Assembly (NCBI RefSeq): GCF_036971445.1
Contig: NC_091471.1
Location: forward strand, 289,168,001 to 289,232,000
Direction of reading: 5' to 3'
DNA from: Narcine bancroftii
Taxonomy: Eukaryota
Length of the DNA stretch: 64,000 bases
Both the position numbers and the translations under genes were made by a program. Positions 35,971 to 50,329 of this stretch are shown here, one piece after another (position 1 is the first letter of the stretch; each line of letters opens with the position of its first letter). The notes under the pieces were generated by a model. The model did no database searches. It saw only the letters and a list, made by a program, of their open reading frames with translations, and had not been told where the DNA came from.

Positions 35971-38014
35971 CTGAAATGGGAACAAGAGAAACATTTCAGG
36001 TCACGGAAGAACTCGGCTAATTTTAGAATTTGGCACAAGCGCGAGTGAAAGGTTCCAGCTTCCTAGAGTGGGGCCCAGGGTCTCACCGATGGGCCGGGAA
36101 GGGTCCATGGACGAGTCCGTTTGCAAGTTATCATTGAACGTTTTGTTTTCTGATTCTTTTAGTGACTCCCTGGTTCACAAAACAACCCTCTGGGTCACTG
36201 CGCTGCCACCTCCCAGGGCCCATCCCGACCTGTCTCACATAAACAGCAGGAGACTTCCTCAGGGTCGCTTCACGTGGCCTCAGCACCTCTGGTCAGTGAC
36301 GGAAGGGAACCATTATCCAACTTCAGAGCATCAACCAGTGGTCGGAAGCGGCCCTTCGCTCGCCCCACCCTTCACTAGTGCCCCCACTGAGCCACCCAAG
36401 GTGAGAGCGCGAATCAACCCCTCTCCCCCTCCCTCCCCCCGACCTGCCCGGTGGGCGACGACGCCAGATGCGCGGTCCTGAGCTTCACGGTCGCCATGTG
36501 ATCACGTCTCGGGATTCAAGTCGCACTCACTGTGGGACCAGAGGATGCGGGATTCTCCCCACAGCCCGACCTACGGCCTCAAATGGTGCAGCGACGTGAA
36601 TCGCTGAGTGGACGAAAGAAGGAGATCCCAATGGAATAGATGGCAGGAGGAGAGACATTTTTATTGGGTGGGAACCTGCAGCAGACTCCCATCGTCACTG
36701 CGACGACTGGAGATTCGCTGCAAGTCTGAGGGAGGTTCCGCTGGAGGGACCCAGCGCAACAACTGAAAGCGCATCCTTCATCTGTGTTGCTGACCGTGGC
36801 CAGTCTTCAATCGACATGGTCTTTCGGACACTTTAGAAAAGCGTCACCGCGTGCACACACTTGAACCGAACCAGCAGGAAAGCCGACAAACTAAGGGGAA
36901 AGAATCCACGGGAACTCATTCAAACCTGCAGTGTGCCTCTCTATAACGATAGAGGGAGGATTGAGGATGATGGGTAGATTCCGAGTTGCTGAGAGTTCAA
37001 CTCAATGATGGAACAGGACGCACGAGTTACAGATGCGGGCGGAGAAATGGCAGATCCAGTTTAATCCAAACAGCTGGGAGATTTGGCACATTGGAGGATC
37101 AAACGTATACAGTCAATGACGGGGCTTTTAACCGCGAGGATGTCCAGAAGGATGTGAGGGTGCAATTCACAGTTGGCTGAAAGTGGCCCTGCAGGTGGAT
37201 CGGGTGGCGGCGAGGACATGTGGCAGGCTGCCTTCATCGGTCGAGAGGTGTGGGGAAGTCATGTTTCCCGCTTTGGGGAGGACTGTGTGCAATTTTCCTC
37301 GCACAGGCAGGATGTGGGTGTGTTGGAAGAGGGGGCAGAAAATATTTCCCAAGATCCAGCCTGAATTAGAAATTCTGAGCGACGAGAGATGGGAAAAAGT
37401 TGCCTTTCTTTTGCTCTCATCTGCTTGCGAGATAAAACGGAGAGGTACAGGGAGGTTGGTTAATGGGATCTCTTTCCCTGGGTAAAATAAGAGGACATCT
37501 ATTTAAAGTGAGGGGTGGCTATTTGAGGAGTTGTACTGGGCAAGTTTATATTTACAGGGTGGCAGGTGTCTGGAACGCGGGGCCCGGGATGGTGAGAAAC
37601 AGATACCACGCGAATGTTTAAGGGGGGGTTCAGAGAGACACAAAAGGTCAGGAATGGAGGGACGACACGGATCGAGTGCAGATTCTGTTTCATTTGGCGC
37701 CTGTTTTGGTGCCGCACTGTTCGACAATATGAATGACTTCTCAGGGATAGGACAAAAGGACCCCAGAAAGAGCATTAATTAGCAGAACGGGTCTATTTAA
37801 GGGTTATTAGAAAATCTCAACTGTCCAAGAAAAGTTGTCATTAAATGTCGGTGACAATTCACCAAACCCCATGGAGTCGAACTGGCGCTGGACACGGAAT
37901 AGGATCCGTTTGTAAATCAACATTTTCAGGAGGTGACAACCTAGAACTGATTCATTGACCTGGGTCTGGAGTAGAGCCGTCGGTCATGGCAGGAGGATGT
38001 TGCCGGACACTTAC

Positions 38015-38371
38015 CTGTAACGAAGAGTTTGGTCCCTGGGCCGAACACAAAAGTATTGCTCGTCGAAAACCACTTCCCGCAGTAATAGACGGCGGCGTCA
38101 TTCACCTCCACCTGGTTGATGATCAACCGGTAAACGGTGGCCGCGCTGTTGCGATTCGCTGTGAAACGGTTGCTGTTGAATCCGGGTCCGTAACCCGGGG
38201 AATTATAGGAGTGATGGTGATAGAGGACCAACTGCGGATGTGTTCCCGGAGTCTGTTTGTAGAAGATAACAGCATAGCCGTCCTTCGTCCCGATGTTACA
38301 TTCCAGCGTGGCGCTGGATCCCGCATTCACGGACACGCTCGGAGGTTGAGACAGAGTCTGCGAGTCTCCAG
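38015..38371 (-). CDS. Germline-joined IgL sigma VJ exon, cluster 3
   Basis: QTLSQPPSVSVNAGSSATLECNIGTKDGYAVIFYKQ...YHHHSYNSPGYGPGF...YYCGKWFSTSNTFVFGPGTKLFVT; canonical splice sites; no RSS. Confidence 0.95.
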
Positions 38372-38475
38372 CTGAAAAAGAGCAGCAATTCCACATTAAT
38401 CAGTGATTCTTTACTGCGAGCCCGAGAGCCCACATCAGAAACCGCTGGCGGGGCAGAGTTGCCGCCTGTACTTAC

Positions 38476-38521
38476 AGCCCAGCCACAGCGCCAGAGACCA
38501 GAGAAAACACAGCGTCCGCAT
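38476..38521 (-). CDS. IgL leader exon, cluster 3
   Basis: MRTLCFLWSLALWLG with a GT donor. Confidence 0.93.
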
Positions 38522-38600
38522 CGTTGCTGCCCGTCACCTTCCTGCCTCCCTTCACCGCTGTGTCTGGGACAGACTGTGGCGACGCTGCGGATGGAACCCA

Positions 38601-38641
38601 CTTATAGAGACATTGGCACCGGGAAGGAAATCCATGCAAAT
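38601..38641 (-). promoter_or_regulatory. Ig light-chain promoter, cluster 3
   Basis: ATTTGCAT at 38634-38641 and TATAAG at 38601-38606. Confidence 0.85.
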
Positions 38642-39252
38642 CGGAGCAAGTCACACTGACCAACCAGAGGAAGGACCTGAAACCCTCCCATTCGCCGTCA
38701 GTTGCCGTCCGCTGGAGGCGGTGACACGGTCAACATCCGACAGATGTGGGGAAACAAGGTTCATTGTCTGAAATTTCCCACTTTCTCCCTGCATTTCCCT
38801 GATTCCGCTGAATACCGCTCTCCATCCCTCACCCAGAGATGCCCCTCACACCTCCAGTGATAATAAGGTGGGGCATTGCCGGCTTCCTATGTGAATAGTT
38901 CAGATACTTGGTGCAAACCCATACTGATACTGTGAGTGGAAGATTGTAATTCAGTCTGAAGAGGGAGATGAAATATAATTTCATTAAGAGTGACTTGTGG
39001 GGTTGTGGCAATCTCTGGGATATTCATTAACCGTTTGGGGGTGAAACATCCCGTCTTTACGCAGTCTGTGACCATGACCAATGACCCTTCCCACATGAAT
39101 AATTCAGACATTGGGCTCAAACACAATTGTAAAGATTAAAAGAACAAGTTCCATTATTGTCACATCATACTACATTTAGAATGTAACACACATGAAATTC
39201 TTTAACTTTGTCTACTGTAAGGAAGATGGAGAGTTGCTACATCACAAAAATG

Positions 39253-39325
39253 AGGCCCCAACGAGGAACAAATTCACAACCCCTGATTTACAAGACTGTG
39301 CTCCAACCACGGAGCTGGCAGAGCT
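39253..39325 (-). pseudogene. tRNA-Thr(TGT)-like pseudogene, paralog of 9118-9190
   Basis: Same degenerate tRNA at the equivalent position upstream of cluster 3. Confidence 0.7.
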
Positions 39326-40569
39326 TCTTTGAGGAGTTCAATTCAAACGAAATGTGAGGATGACATCTGGTCTCATTGTGTGAATCGTGGAACTACAGGA
39401 AACATTGGAAAATGTTATTCTCCCATTGCATGGGGAAACCTCCCATCTTTACCCAATGTTTCCATTCCCACCCCATGCCCTGACCTTCTATACGAGGAGT
39501 GATTTACAACCACCAATAGAATGACCTCATCCATTTCCTTGCCAATGACAGGGGGGTTGCCTGGAATAGCAGCGTCTGGGGTAATGCTCTTGGAATATCA
39601 GTATCATCCACATAGGTAGAAAGGTAACCACCTAGGTGGTGCAGTGACACAGCTGATGGAGACACTAGCTCACCGTTACAGTGACCCAGGATCAAACCTT
39701 AAAATACAGTGATGTTTGCACTGAGTTTACAAATTCTCCCTGTGACTGTGTGCATTTCCTTCAGCTGCTCCAGTTTGCTCCCACATCCCAGGATTCACTG
39801 CTCCAAGTTATTCCCAGTCCAAGGATGATCAGTGGGATGTGCAGGAAGTTGAAGGAATGAGGTGAAAATGAAATGAGATTTATTGAGGGTTTGTATATGT
39901 TCTTGATGAACCCAATGGGCCAAAGGGCTTGTTTCTGAACTGCATATTTCCAAACTGCCAGAATTCATGAAGGTAGTGAGGAGATTAAAATGGAAGATCA
40001 GTGATGGTATAGAAAACATAGAACATGGTGCAACACAGGAATGGGCCCTTCTGGTCATGATACATGTGGCATACAGGATCCACAAATTAAACTCAAATTC
40101 TGCTGCATTACAAGATACATAACATGTTATTCCCTACTTATTAATGTGTTTATTGTGAAATGCCTTGAACACTGCCATGGTCATCCCTGCATTACTTCCC
40201 TGCTTCACTCCAGAGGGTTTGGAGAAAGGGAAGATCATGGAAACTTATATTTGTTTGATGCATGAGCAAAGGAGGTAGATCAGTTGGGGTTGGGGACCAG
40301 ATCAGGGAGAGATGCAGTCAGACCAGGCCAGCACCTCAACAGAGCTTGGGCCAGAATCCTCACAGGAAGTCTCACTGCTGCATGATGAGAGGCTTCAGCC
40401 AGTTTGTTGAGAAATGATAACAGGAAGGTCACACAGCAAATGAGCAAATGTGGTAGAAGAGCTATGTGGTTCCAGAACAAGAAATATATCTTTCTATCAA
40501 GAGCACATTAAGCATGAAACTAGTTTTGAAATGCATGTGTATAAACAGAGAAGAAAATAAGAACATTGT

Positions 40570-42505
40570 CACTGAACTGCAGGTGTAATGAGTACTTTTT
40601 TTTAATATGATCTATTTTGACCTTTGGGACTCCATTCAATAAAGACTGGGAAGACGGGTGTATTTTGTGGAAATGATGATGGTATTTGTGCTGTCCCCAG
40701 TGATACCTGGTGTTAGTTGGTCAGGTCTCATGTGCAGATAGTAAGCAAGGAACATTGGTGTCTGATGGGCCATGAGCTTCATGCCATAGTTGATGCCTTG
40801 CTCTTCCAATACTCTTTCAAACAAAATTTATGCTGGCACATCAAAGGCAGTGGTAACTTTATCATTGGTTCGTGCGTTCTCTGACACATTGTTGCACAAA
40901 TGTAGAAAGAGGTCTTGTTTTGAGGATTGGAAGGTGGATAGAGGATTATTATCTCATGTATGTTGACTACAAGGTTCAAATTCCTGAATGAAAGCATCAG
41001 TAATGACGTTCAGGCATCCACTGAGTAGTTGTAAATACCAGCAAAGTCTGCAAAGGGAGATTGAATACAGAGATTTGTTTGAATTTGTTTTGGAGAGCTG
41101 TGGTCGTCGTAATAGATTTCTCTGAGCTGTCACGATTATTTGAAGGGAATTATAGAAAGGGATAAAGATGATAGGTACTGAAGTTGGAAGATCGATTCCA
41201 TTGATAGAAGACAGGACTATTGGCTGTGAAAGAGTGACATCGAGAACAATTCAACCAGTGAGAGTCATTCAAAACTGATGGGGTGAGGCTCAGGGACAAT
41301 GTGCTCCTGCAAATGTGAAAGTTACCTTGCCATTCGTTAGAGAAGCATATATAAAGGAAGCTTGTATGTAACTGAAATTGGAGCCTCACTTGATGAGTGC
41401 TAACAGTGCACCACACAGACGGAATGTAAAGTAGAAATTAAGCGGGCAAAGAAATGCACTGAAACAGAATCAGGTCAGATTCAGAATTTATTGTCATGAT
41501 CATGTCACAAAATTTGTTGTTTTGCAGTACCATTACAGGTGCAAAATTGCTATAAATTAACATTTTAAAACATTAGTGCAAAAAGTAGAGAAAAGAGAGG
41601 TTCATTCTGTATTTTAATTTCCATGAAGGTTGTTGGACATTAAATGCATCATTTCTGCAAGAAAGATTGGTAAAATTTGGGGCAAGAATTCAACTTTTTA
41701 TTTCATGTGGATTTTTACAAAGAAAGATCCTGTTGTGGATATTTTGTGGAGCAAATGTAAGATGGTGAAGAATTTCGATGCAAGCCATTTTTGTGGATGG
41801 TGTTCCATAGCCCCTCCTTATTGATGAGGTCAAAAGGTTTGGTGAGGTTGAGAAAGGCCATATATGGTGACTGGTGCTGCTTTCTAAATTTTCCTTGGAG
41901 TTGTTGCACAGAAGATCATGTCTTCTTTGCCTCTGGATGGACAGCTATCACTGTGATTTGGTGAGCAGCTCTATGGTCACAAGATAAGGTGGTTGAGGAG
42001 GACCCTTATGAGACTTCCCCTATAACAGTAAATTAGGATACTCCTCTATCACAATTGGGTGTCTATGCGTCCATCAGTGTCAGTGGCCATCTTCAAGTCC
42101 AGATATTCAAAATTATAGCACAGTGGGTGAGGATGTCCTGAGGCATTAAATAACAGAATCGGTCCCCTGCCCAATCCTTCCTCTCCTATCCGCCTTAGAT
42201 TGCCTATATCTTCTCTGTACTCTGTCTTGAGGATTGCTTCTGACCATTGACCGTTAATTTTCTCCCGCTATGGCCTTTTGTTTTAGATGTATCTCTTTTG
42301 AATGGTGGTGGACAATTAAACAGTTGACTGAAGAAGGAGGTTCAAAACACATCCCCTTGCTGCAAAATGGTGGGGTTTTGTATGTAAGTGCTAAAGACAA
42401 GGTTGAAACATTCACAGCAATGTCCAATCAGAAGTGACGAGTGGGTGATCAGTTCATTCCACCCAAGGTCTCTTCCATCGCAGAACCTGGTCTTCAGTCA
42501 ATTCA
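40570..42505 (-). mobile_element. Degenerate RTE-clade fragment, paralog of 14150-15570, with an internal insertion (~41140-41610)
   Basis: YMAFLNLTKPFDLINKEGLWNTIHKNG; colinear with the 14-15.5 kb block. Confidence 0.7.
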
Positions 42506-42515
42506 AACGATAGGG

Positions 42516-44399
42516 CAGGGGTGTCAAACTCAAATTCACGGAGGGCCAAAATTAAAAACTTGGACTAAGTCAAGGGCCGAACAAAATATTTATTGAAAAT
42601 TTTCATCAACATCTGCATGTTTTCTCTTCTTTCAACATATGTAATGTTAAATTTTTTCTTATTAAAATAAATGTTTAATTATAGTTTTGGATAAACTCTT
42701 TCCAGAAGCATTAACAAATGAGAAATAAAATATTCAATAAATAACATTGCTCTCTAGAGGATTTGTCAAATGTTGCTAGTGTGCTGTTGAATAGTAAAAT
42801 CTGAGGGCTATTGAGAATGTGGGAGAATAACATGATTCCTGAAACAATCAAATGGGTGACTGATTGTGGGCATGAACTCTAGCAGGGTTATTTGCCATGC
42901 ACTTTTTCCATTGGTACAGATATCCTTTGATTTACACACTTTTCAAGTTTTATGCCTAATGAGCTTGTATCCAGGTGCAGGACCATTTTTAGCCAGGAAT
43001 ATATTTATCACTGTGACATGAAACAATTGGAAGATCGTTTTATCCTGAGATTAAAGTTCATAATACTTACTCAGGCCTGTGTGCGGGAGGGCGGGGTTTG
43101 CGGGCGATCGGGTTGGACAACGACAGTGCGGGGGCATTGGCTCTCGCTGCAGGGCGGCATCTCGGCGGATCAGCGGCCCCGTCACCGTGAGTCGCAGGTC
43201 GGCCTGCGGCAGGAAGGGGGAGTGGGCAACGGTCCTGGCGAGGTCAGGCCCCCCCTGAGTTTCTGCCGGACACCCCTTGACCTGCTGAGTTTCTCCCCAA
43301 CCCACCTTGAACTGTTGAGTTTCTGCCGGACCCCCCTTGACCTGCTGAGTTTCTCCTGGACCCCCCTTGACCTGCTGAGTTTCTCCCGAACCTCCCTTGA
43401 CCTGCTGAGATTCTCCTGGACCACCTCCCCTTGACCTGCTGAGTTTCTCCCGGACCCCCTCCCTTGATCTTTTGAGTTTCTCCCGGACCCCTCCCCCTTG
43501 ACCTGCTGAGTTTCTCTCAGACCCCCCTTTGACCTGCTGAGTTTCTCCCGGATCCCCCTTTGACCTGCTGAGTTTCTCCCTTCTGGTGTTTTTATGAGAA
43601 CCACAGACTTTCGCTCGTACATTGATGAGGGGGATCAAGGGCCAAACATTGTCAGGTACCTCTCTGCTGGATAAAGGATACGGTTTAACCCGCTGAGTTT
43701 CTCCAGTGTTGGGTTTTCACGAGGTAGAGTCAAAGGGCCGAAGGGCCTGTTTCTGATCTGTAATGTTCTACGGACCCTGCTCTTCTTTCCGTACCGGTGT
43801 CCCAGGACCTTTCCAGGGCAGTCTCCGGGCTCAGGACCGCGCTGGGATCCCGGTCAGTGGTGGAGGAGCAGGTGAGCGCGGCTAATCCCAATCCAGCCCA
43901 TGCCACTCCCGAGATTGGCGGGGGGGTTCCACCCTACCTGCCCGACCAGCCTCGCTCTCCACGTGTACTCCGGGCACCCGCCGCTAGTCTGGAGGGAAGG
44001 CACAGGGCGGCCGGCGGCCGGCGCCCCCATCGCCTGGCGGAGTGCCCCAAGCTTCCCTCCAGCGTCCCGACTCCATCTTCAGCTCGAAGAAACGCTGTGC
44101 CACTGGGGTTCTGGGTACTGGGAAGCGGCCTTGGCTTCCCCTGACACCAGCCAAGCCGTGCTGTGGGGGGGGGGGTGGGTGGGCGGGGGTCACGACAGCA
44201 TGTTTATAAAACCACCCACCACTACTTTTCAAGGACCAGGATTTTTCTCTCTCTCTCTCACCCTGGGACACAGCGGTTACTGTGCATGCGCTATAGTGGC
44301 GCGGCGGCCAGTGGGCCACCTCTAATACATTTTTGATATGATCTTGCGGGCCAAATATAATTATATCGCGGGCCCGCGGGCCAGAGTTTGACATGTGTG
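42516..44399. mobile_element. Probable non-autonomous hAT (Charlie-like) element
   Basis: Imperfect terminal inverted repeats caggggtgtcaaactc / gagtttgacatgtgtg with the subterminal ggcccgcgggcc motif; no clean 8-bp TSD seen. Confidence 0.6.
43255..43580. repeat. Minisatellite, ~30-bp unit (ttgacctgctgagtttctcccggacccccc), ~10 copies
   Basis: Direct inspection. Confidence 0.9.
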
Positions 44400-47300
44400 C
44401 CCTGTAGCTCCTTCAGATCATTACTGCACCCAAACTGGTAGGTCTTGAACTGGAGCTGGAAGACATGAGGTACAAGATGGAGGCAGAGGCAAGTAGAGTG
44501 GAGGGAAACATGGCTGTGGAAGTGACTCTGGCCATAGAGCTTGAGAACAGCAGGGATTAAGATGGGGAGCAGTGAGAAAAAATCCCACAGACCTCCCTTC
44601 AGAGAGTAAATGAATACTTCTTCAGAGCTGGCATCTCTGAAAGAGATTTCACAGAATTTTGCAGCGGACTGAAGCAAAATCTGCAGACACCATGGTTGAA
44701 GTAAAAGCACAATGCTGGAGAAACGCAGCAAGTCAAACAGTGTCCTTTATTCAGCAAAGATAAAGGTACATAATCAATGTTCTGAGCTTGAGCCCTTTTG
44801 AAAATGTGGGCAAAATGTTGTCAGGTGCCCAAACAAAAGTGCTAGGTTGTGGGCCAGAAAATGAGCACACTCTATGGCAAGGGTGTTACAGATGAATGGA
44901 GGGAGGCCACACCAGCAAACAAAGGGAGGGGTGAATGGGTCTGTAAATGGAGAGAGAAGGGGATAGAGAGCTGGATGAAAGAAGACAGTCATGGAAATGA
45001 GTGAGGAAGAGCAGGGAGTAGGCTAGCAGAAACCAGAGAATTTGACGTTAATGCCATCTGGCTGGAGAGGGCCGAGACAGGAGTTGGGTGTTGCTCCTCC
45101 AATTTACAGGAGACCAATCTAATGATGCCAACAAATGGTAGCAAAGTCGGATGTTTGGAGAATAAGTCATTTGGAACACCCTCCTTTATTACACATGGCA
45201 CAGAGTAAAGATATCACACCACAACTTTGTCATTCTTTGGTCTGGCCATGTCTGGAGGATCATGTCCACTGTTAGATGGGGCCCTATTCATTGCTTTTGA
45301 GAGATTCACCAGATGTTGCCTGGATTGGAAGATTTCAAAAATAAAAAGTTGTTAGACAGGTTGGGGCTGTTTACCTGGAGTAGAGGAAGCTGATGATCGA
45401 TAAGATAAATTTTGAAAATAATGAAGAATATAGCTCTTATATATGGTGGGGGGGGGGGGGAGGGGAAGGCTGAAACAAGAAGGTAGGGCTGGAAGATGAG
45501 AGGTGAGATGAGAGGTTTAGAGGTGACGATAAGTGGTCTAAATGAATGAGTGGAATCTGGAAGGTACTGCCTGAGGAGATGTGGAGTGAAGTAATTTCAC
45601 AACATTTCAGAAGCAAATGGAGAAGATGAATTTTTCACAAGGCTAAATGTGGGAAATGGGACTAACCTTGATTAGTGCTGTGGTCAGTATGAACTGAGTG
45701 GGCTGAAAAACAGGTTATTGGGCTCTCAGACCCAGATTTCAATGACTGATTACAGTTTTGGTTCAAAACCAAAGATTTGAATTCTAACGATGGGATGAGA
45801 GTGGCAGCAAGTGGAACACCAAGGAGTCCTGGCAAAAACTAGAGTGAACTAGTTGCAAGCGAGAACATACCAATGGGTTGAATCATCCCTCACTTGAAGA
45901 ATGTTGTGGTTGTTGCAGGTCCCAGAACACAACTACAAATGTTCCTTTTGGCAGAGCCCTCACACCAAGTGCTAGGGAGTCCTAATCAGCTTGACTCACA
46001 GTCACCAGGAGTGGGTGTTGCCATCAGAGCCATCCATTAACTAAAGGATTCATGAGATTGCCTTGTGACTTTTGCGTAAATTGTCTATGTCTTGAGAATC
46101 GAAGTAAAGAGCCTAGTGTTTTGGCAAACCTCTATGTCTGTCATTTCATTACTCTGGGTAACCAAGAGTGAGAGTTCGGTTCCTCATTTAACATTACTGG
46201 CCATGGTTACAACACCAAGCATCTTCACCTCATTCATCAAGACCCTTTTTTCCATCAGAAGATCAGAAGTGGAGTTGTTCATTGATCATAACCCTTGATC
46301 AAAACCCATACGACATAACAACATCCACATAGGCTAATAAATGACAGATTAAAGACACGCCAGACAAGGATGAAGACCAGTGAACGTGTGACAAGGCACC
46401 GACCTTTTTCATTCACTCCCATCACATCATTTAGCCACCCTCTGCCAATCTTCTGGAAATCATCAATGACCATAAATTTAACTGGACCAGAAGTAAGAAT
46501 GCTGCAGTAAAGAAAGAAAATCAAAGGCTGTCGGTGTTGAGGGGAATGACTCACCTCCTGATAACACAAAGCCTTTCCCGCATTTCCATGCACGATGTCA
46601 AGTACATGATGGAATACTCTCATCTTGTCTGTATGAGAACACCCGAACAACAGTGGGCAATATCATCCAGGCACAGGCACCTTATCCACCACCCTGAATG
46701 TGCAATTTCTTCACCACCAGGGTACAGTGACTGCAGAGAGTTACAATTAGAAAATAAGTCTGTTGTTACTTTTCCAGACTTCTTCAAGGTCACACACTAT
46801 CCTGATATAAAAATATCTGGATGGACCTTCATTGTCCTTGAGACTAAAGCCAGGATCTCTATTACTTATAGCAGTCTGAGAGATGCAACAGGGAAATTAA
46901 TATCTGGAAATTGAATTTACTTGTTGGTGTTAATGGACAGGAGATACTGCCATTGTTCTTCTCAGAAAGGAGGACTTTGCAAGAAGTTGTAATAGTTGGA
47001 TTTAAAATAATAGAGTGACCAGATAGAGTACGAAGAGAGCAATAGTTTCATTGGAGGAGGTTCAAGAACAAGGGGACATGGAACAAAAGAGAATGGGCAA
47101 AGTAACATGAAGGAAACCCTCCTTACACAGTGAGTGGTGATGGATGGGAATGCACTGTAATAATGCAGGGAGATTCATGACTGTGGGAAAGAGGAGAGGG
47201 GACTGATACTGAGGTGCTCTTAATTGCTGATGACCTGGTGAGGGACATTAGGCTGGTACAGAAGCAATGGACAGAATGGCCTCTGTCAGTGAGCTAACCA

Positions 47301-47752
47301 TTCTGTTACCCTTTAATGTGGAAATGTGATGCTGAGACAGTAACTCCATTGCTGGCAACACTCTTTCAGTGAAAAATCTTCAGTATTTTAGATCATTGGT
47401 AAAGTTAATATTTGTGTATATTTTTCAATTTACAGCATTGATTCTGCTCTGTCCAGTCACTAAGTTAAAATGTCAGGACCCAATTCCAATAATCAACCGT
47501 TATATTGGAGTCAGATCCAATCATCTTCCCCTGTGAATCTCTCATCTGTAGAGAATCTAAACCAAATGACTTTGATGCACAAGTTAAGTCGCTTCATCAA
47601 CTGTTGTTCACATAAGAAATTGATTAAAACATTTTCCTTTCACCAAAATCCTCACTGCAGAATTTTAAGATGTAGAGAATGCAAAATGGAAGTGAATCCT
47701 TCAGTTTATGCAATGTTACTGAGTGTTTAGTCCCAGTGTTTTTAACTGGAAT

Positions 47753-48540
47753 CAACCTGTTACCCTCTGTGAAGACAACACTGTAGATTGTGCTGAGGTC
47801 CCAATGCCATCTGACTATAAGATTCCACCTGGTTCTCAATGTACATCAGAATGTGAATGACCAGTCCTCTGTTAGTCTCTAACATTTATCTGGAGAGTTA
47901 AATTTCAAATAAAACGAGGACTTTGGAAGCCAACTTCACTCAATTGAAAACAGAATGTGGATGGCTAGGGGCAAGTCTGCAGAGAGTTGTTGCTGCTTCA
48001 CTCAGTTTACAAAACTTCTGATCAGCTTCATCAAGCTGGACTAAATTGGAAATGGAGGGGGATTCTGTCCTGATCCAGTGAGAAGAAACTCCATGATATA
48101 GTGGACATTATTGAGCTGTGGGACAAGGAACCATTTTAAATTGTAATTCTAAATATGTTCAACTTATCTTCTGCCTACGTGTGAAAATAGCAAACATCTG
48201 CGGTGCCAGCAGGAAACAAGCTGCTATTTTAAGGAGAGGGACTGTCCTGAACTCAGAAAAGACGCTCAGATCTGCTTTTAATACCACATTATCCAAATAT
48301 CAGAGGTTCTGTTGTTACTAAGATGTGTGTCTTGTTTCTATCAGTCACTTGACTGTTTAAAGACTCTTGGAAAAGGACATGGATATCAGCAAAATGGAGT
48401 GTTATGCATGTAAGGTGGAGAAATATTAGATAGTTGTGATTTATATAGGTCACCAAAACACTATGGGTTGAAGGGTCTGTGCTGTACAACATTGTTCTAT
48501 GTAAAGGGACATCATCTTCAGGGCTCCCTGAAGTTTAAAG
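47753..48540 (+). repeat. Left arm of an inverted duplication (right arm 62828-63745)
   Basis: Long near-identical reverse-complement match with one internal indel/replacement. Confidence 0.9.
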
Positions 48541-50329
48541 GACAACAATTGTTTCAGAAGTTTAACCATGGTGGAAGAACATCTCCCAACTGATTTATTC
48601 ACTGAGTTCTGCAGGAGGGAATGTCCATCAGCCACCCCCACCATGATATAAATGGGACACATTGAGATCACCTTCATTATATTGGCAAAACTTGGTTTGC
48701 TTTCTACTAAAATGAAGGAGATGCGTAATTGGACATCAATTCAGTGTCTGGTCATCATATAATTGAGTTCTGATTCTTTGGATTGGTCTTAAATACTACT
48801 ATTTGATCCGTGTTGTGACCAAGGTTTGGATAAGGTCGGTAGCAGGTAATTTCCAGGGAAATACAACCTGGACATTAGTTATTTAGGACATGTGACTTTA
48901 CTGATGATTAAATGGGAATGAACTGGAATTAATATTTCCATATTTTTTGTGAATAGGACATACCTGAGCAATGATTCTATAATGTCAGCCAAATGCCAGA
49001 GTTAAAGCTGAATTGGAACAGCATGCTGGGGTCCCAACTAGTTCTAGAGTGCAACTAGGTTCATGCCTTGTCCACGTTTCTATATCTTTATATTGATGTT
49101 CTTGCAGAAATACAAGTAAGGCATTAATTATTGCAATATTGTTCCATTAGTCCCCTTTGATACATTTGTAGAGTCCCTTCCATCTTTGATGGTTGAAAGT
49201 TGACTGATTGGCCCGTTATTCATTGCATTGAATTTCTCCTATATTTGTTGAACAGAATGAACCCAAGCAACTTCCACATTATTAGGTGGACTGAGTTGGA
49301 ATGGATTGATTCAAGGCCTAGCTGGTTCTGTGCTACAGCTGGGATGTGATCTGGTCCCAGAGACTCTGCTGTACCCAGTAATCTCAGCTGTTTCTTGAAG
49401 TCATGTGGGGTGCACTAAATTGCCTAAAAGACTCGCTCCTATGACAGGGAAGATCTCGGGGATGGAGTGGGGGGGGGGTGAATTGTCTCGATAATCAGGG
49501 CAGACTGCAGAATCAGCTTTGTGATTGCATCACTGCACAGAAAGTTTCAAATGAAAGTTAATCTGCAATACTAAATACATGGTGGAACATTGTGGGAAGC
49601 AAGGTCGGAGAATATTGGGGCTCTAGTAAAGATTTGTGTACCTTTGCTAGCCAAGGGTGAAGTATTGGAAGATTTGAGCATGGTTTATATTGTGCCTCCA
49701 TTCACAAAGAGCTGCAAGGAAAACCCACGGAGCTTCAGACCAGGAAGCTTCGCATCAGCAGTGGAAAAGTGTACTGGAGCGGACTCAGAGTCAGAACATC
49801 CTTGAATTTGGAAAGGCAAGGATATGTGAGAGTCATGTCTTTGCGCATGGATAGTTGCATCTCACTAATTTGAATGGGTTCCTTGACGAGGTTGCCAAGA
49901 GGATCAATGAGGACTGGGCAGCATTCATTTTGTACAAGGATGTTAGCAATGCCTTTGACAAGGTCCTGCATGTGAGGCAGATGATAGCAATGGAGGGTTG
50001 TTTTTAAGATTGGAGGCCTGTGACCAGTTGTGTCACACTGTGATTGGTGCTAATGTCCAAAGTTTTAAGTATAGTTGGCAATGAAAAAATGTCTAATTCC
50101 TCTCTAAGTACGCCAATGATCCAAATCCACAACCCTTTTGGGTCTCCAGGAACTTTCCAGATATAATGAGCTGGTATATTACAACAAAGCAATCTTTGTG
50201 ACTGGCGACCTATTTCCCAAGATCAAGGAACATGATGTTCGGCCTATCAAGTTTTCTCCGCAAATGCCCCTGAGCTCAACTGTTCTCACATCTAGTTCCG
50301 AGTTCCAGCCTTTTCCCCATTTCGCTTGA

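Noticed and set aside
42952-43638. Long repetitive ORFs; CRISPR-like appearance of the 30-bp array
   Set aside because: A tandem minisatellite without unique spacers in a vertebrate genome; ORFs arise from stop-free repeat units.
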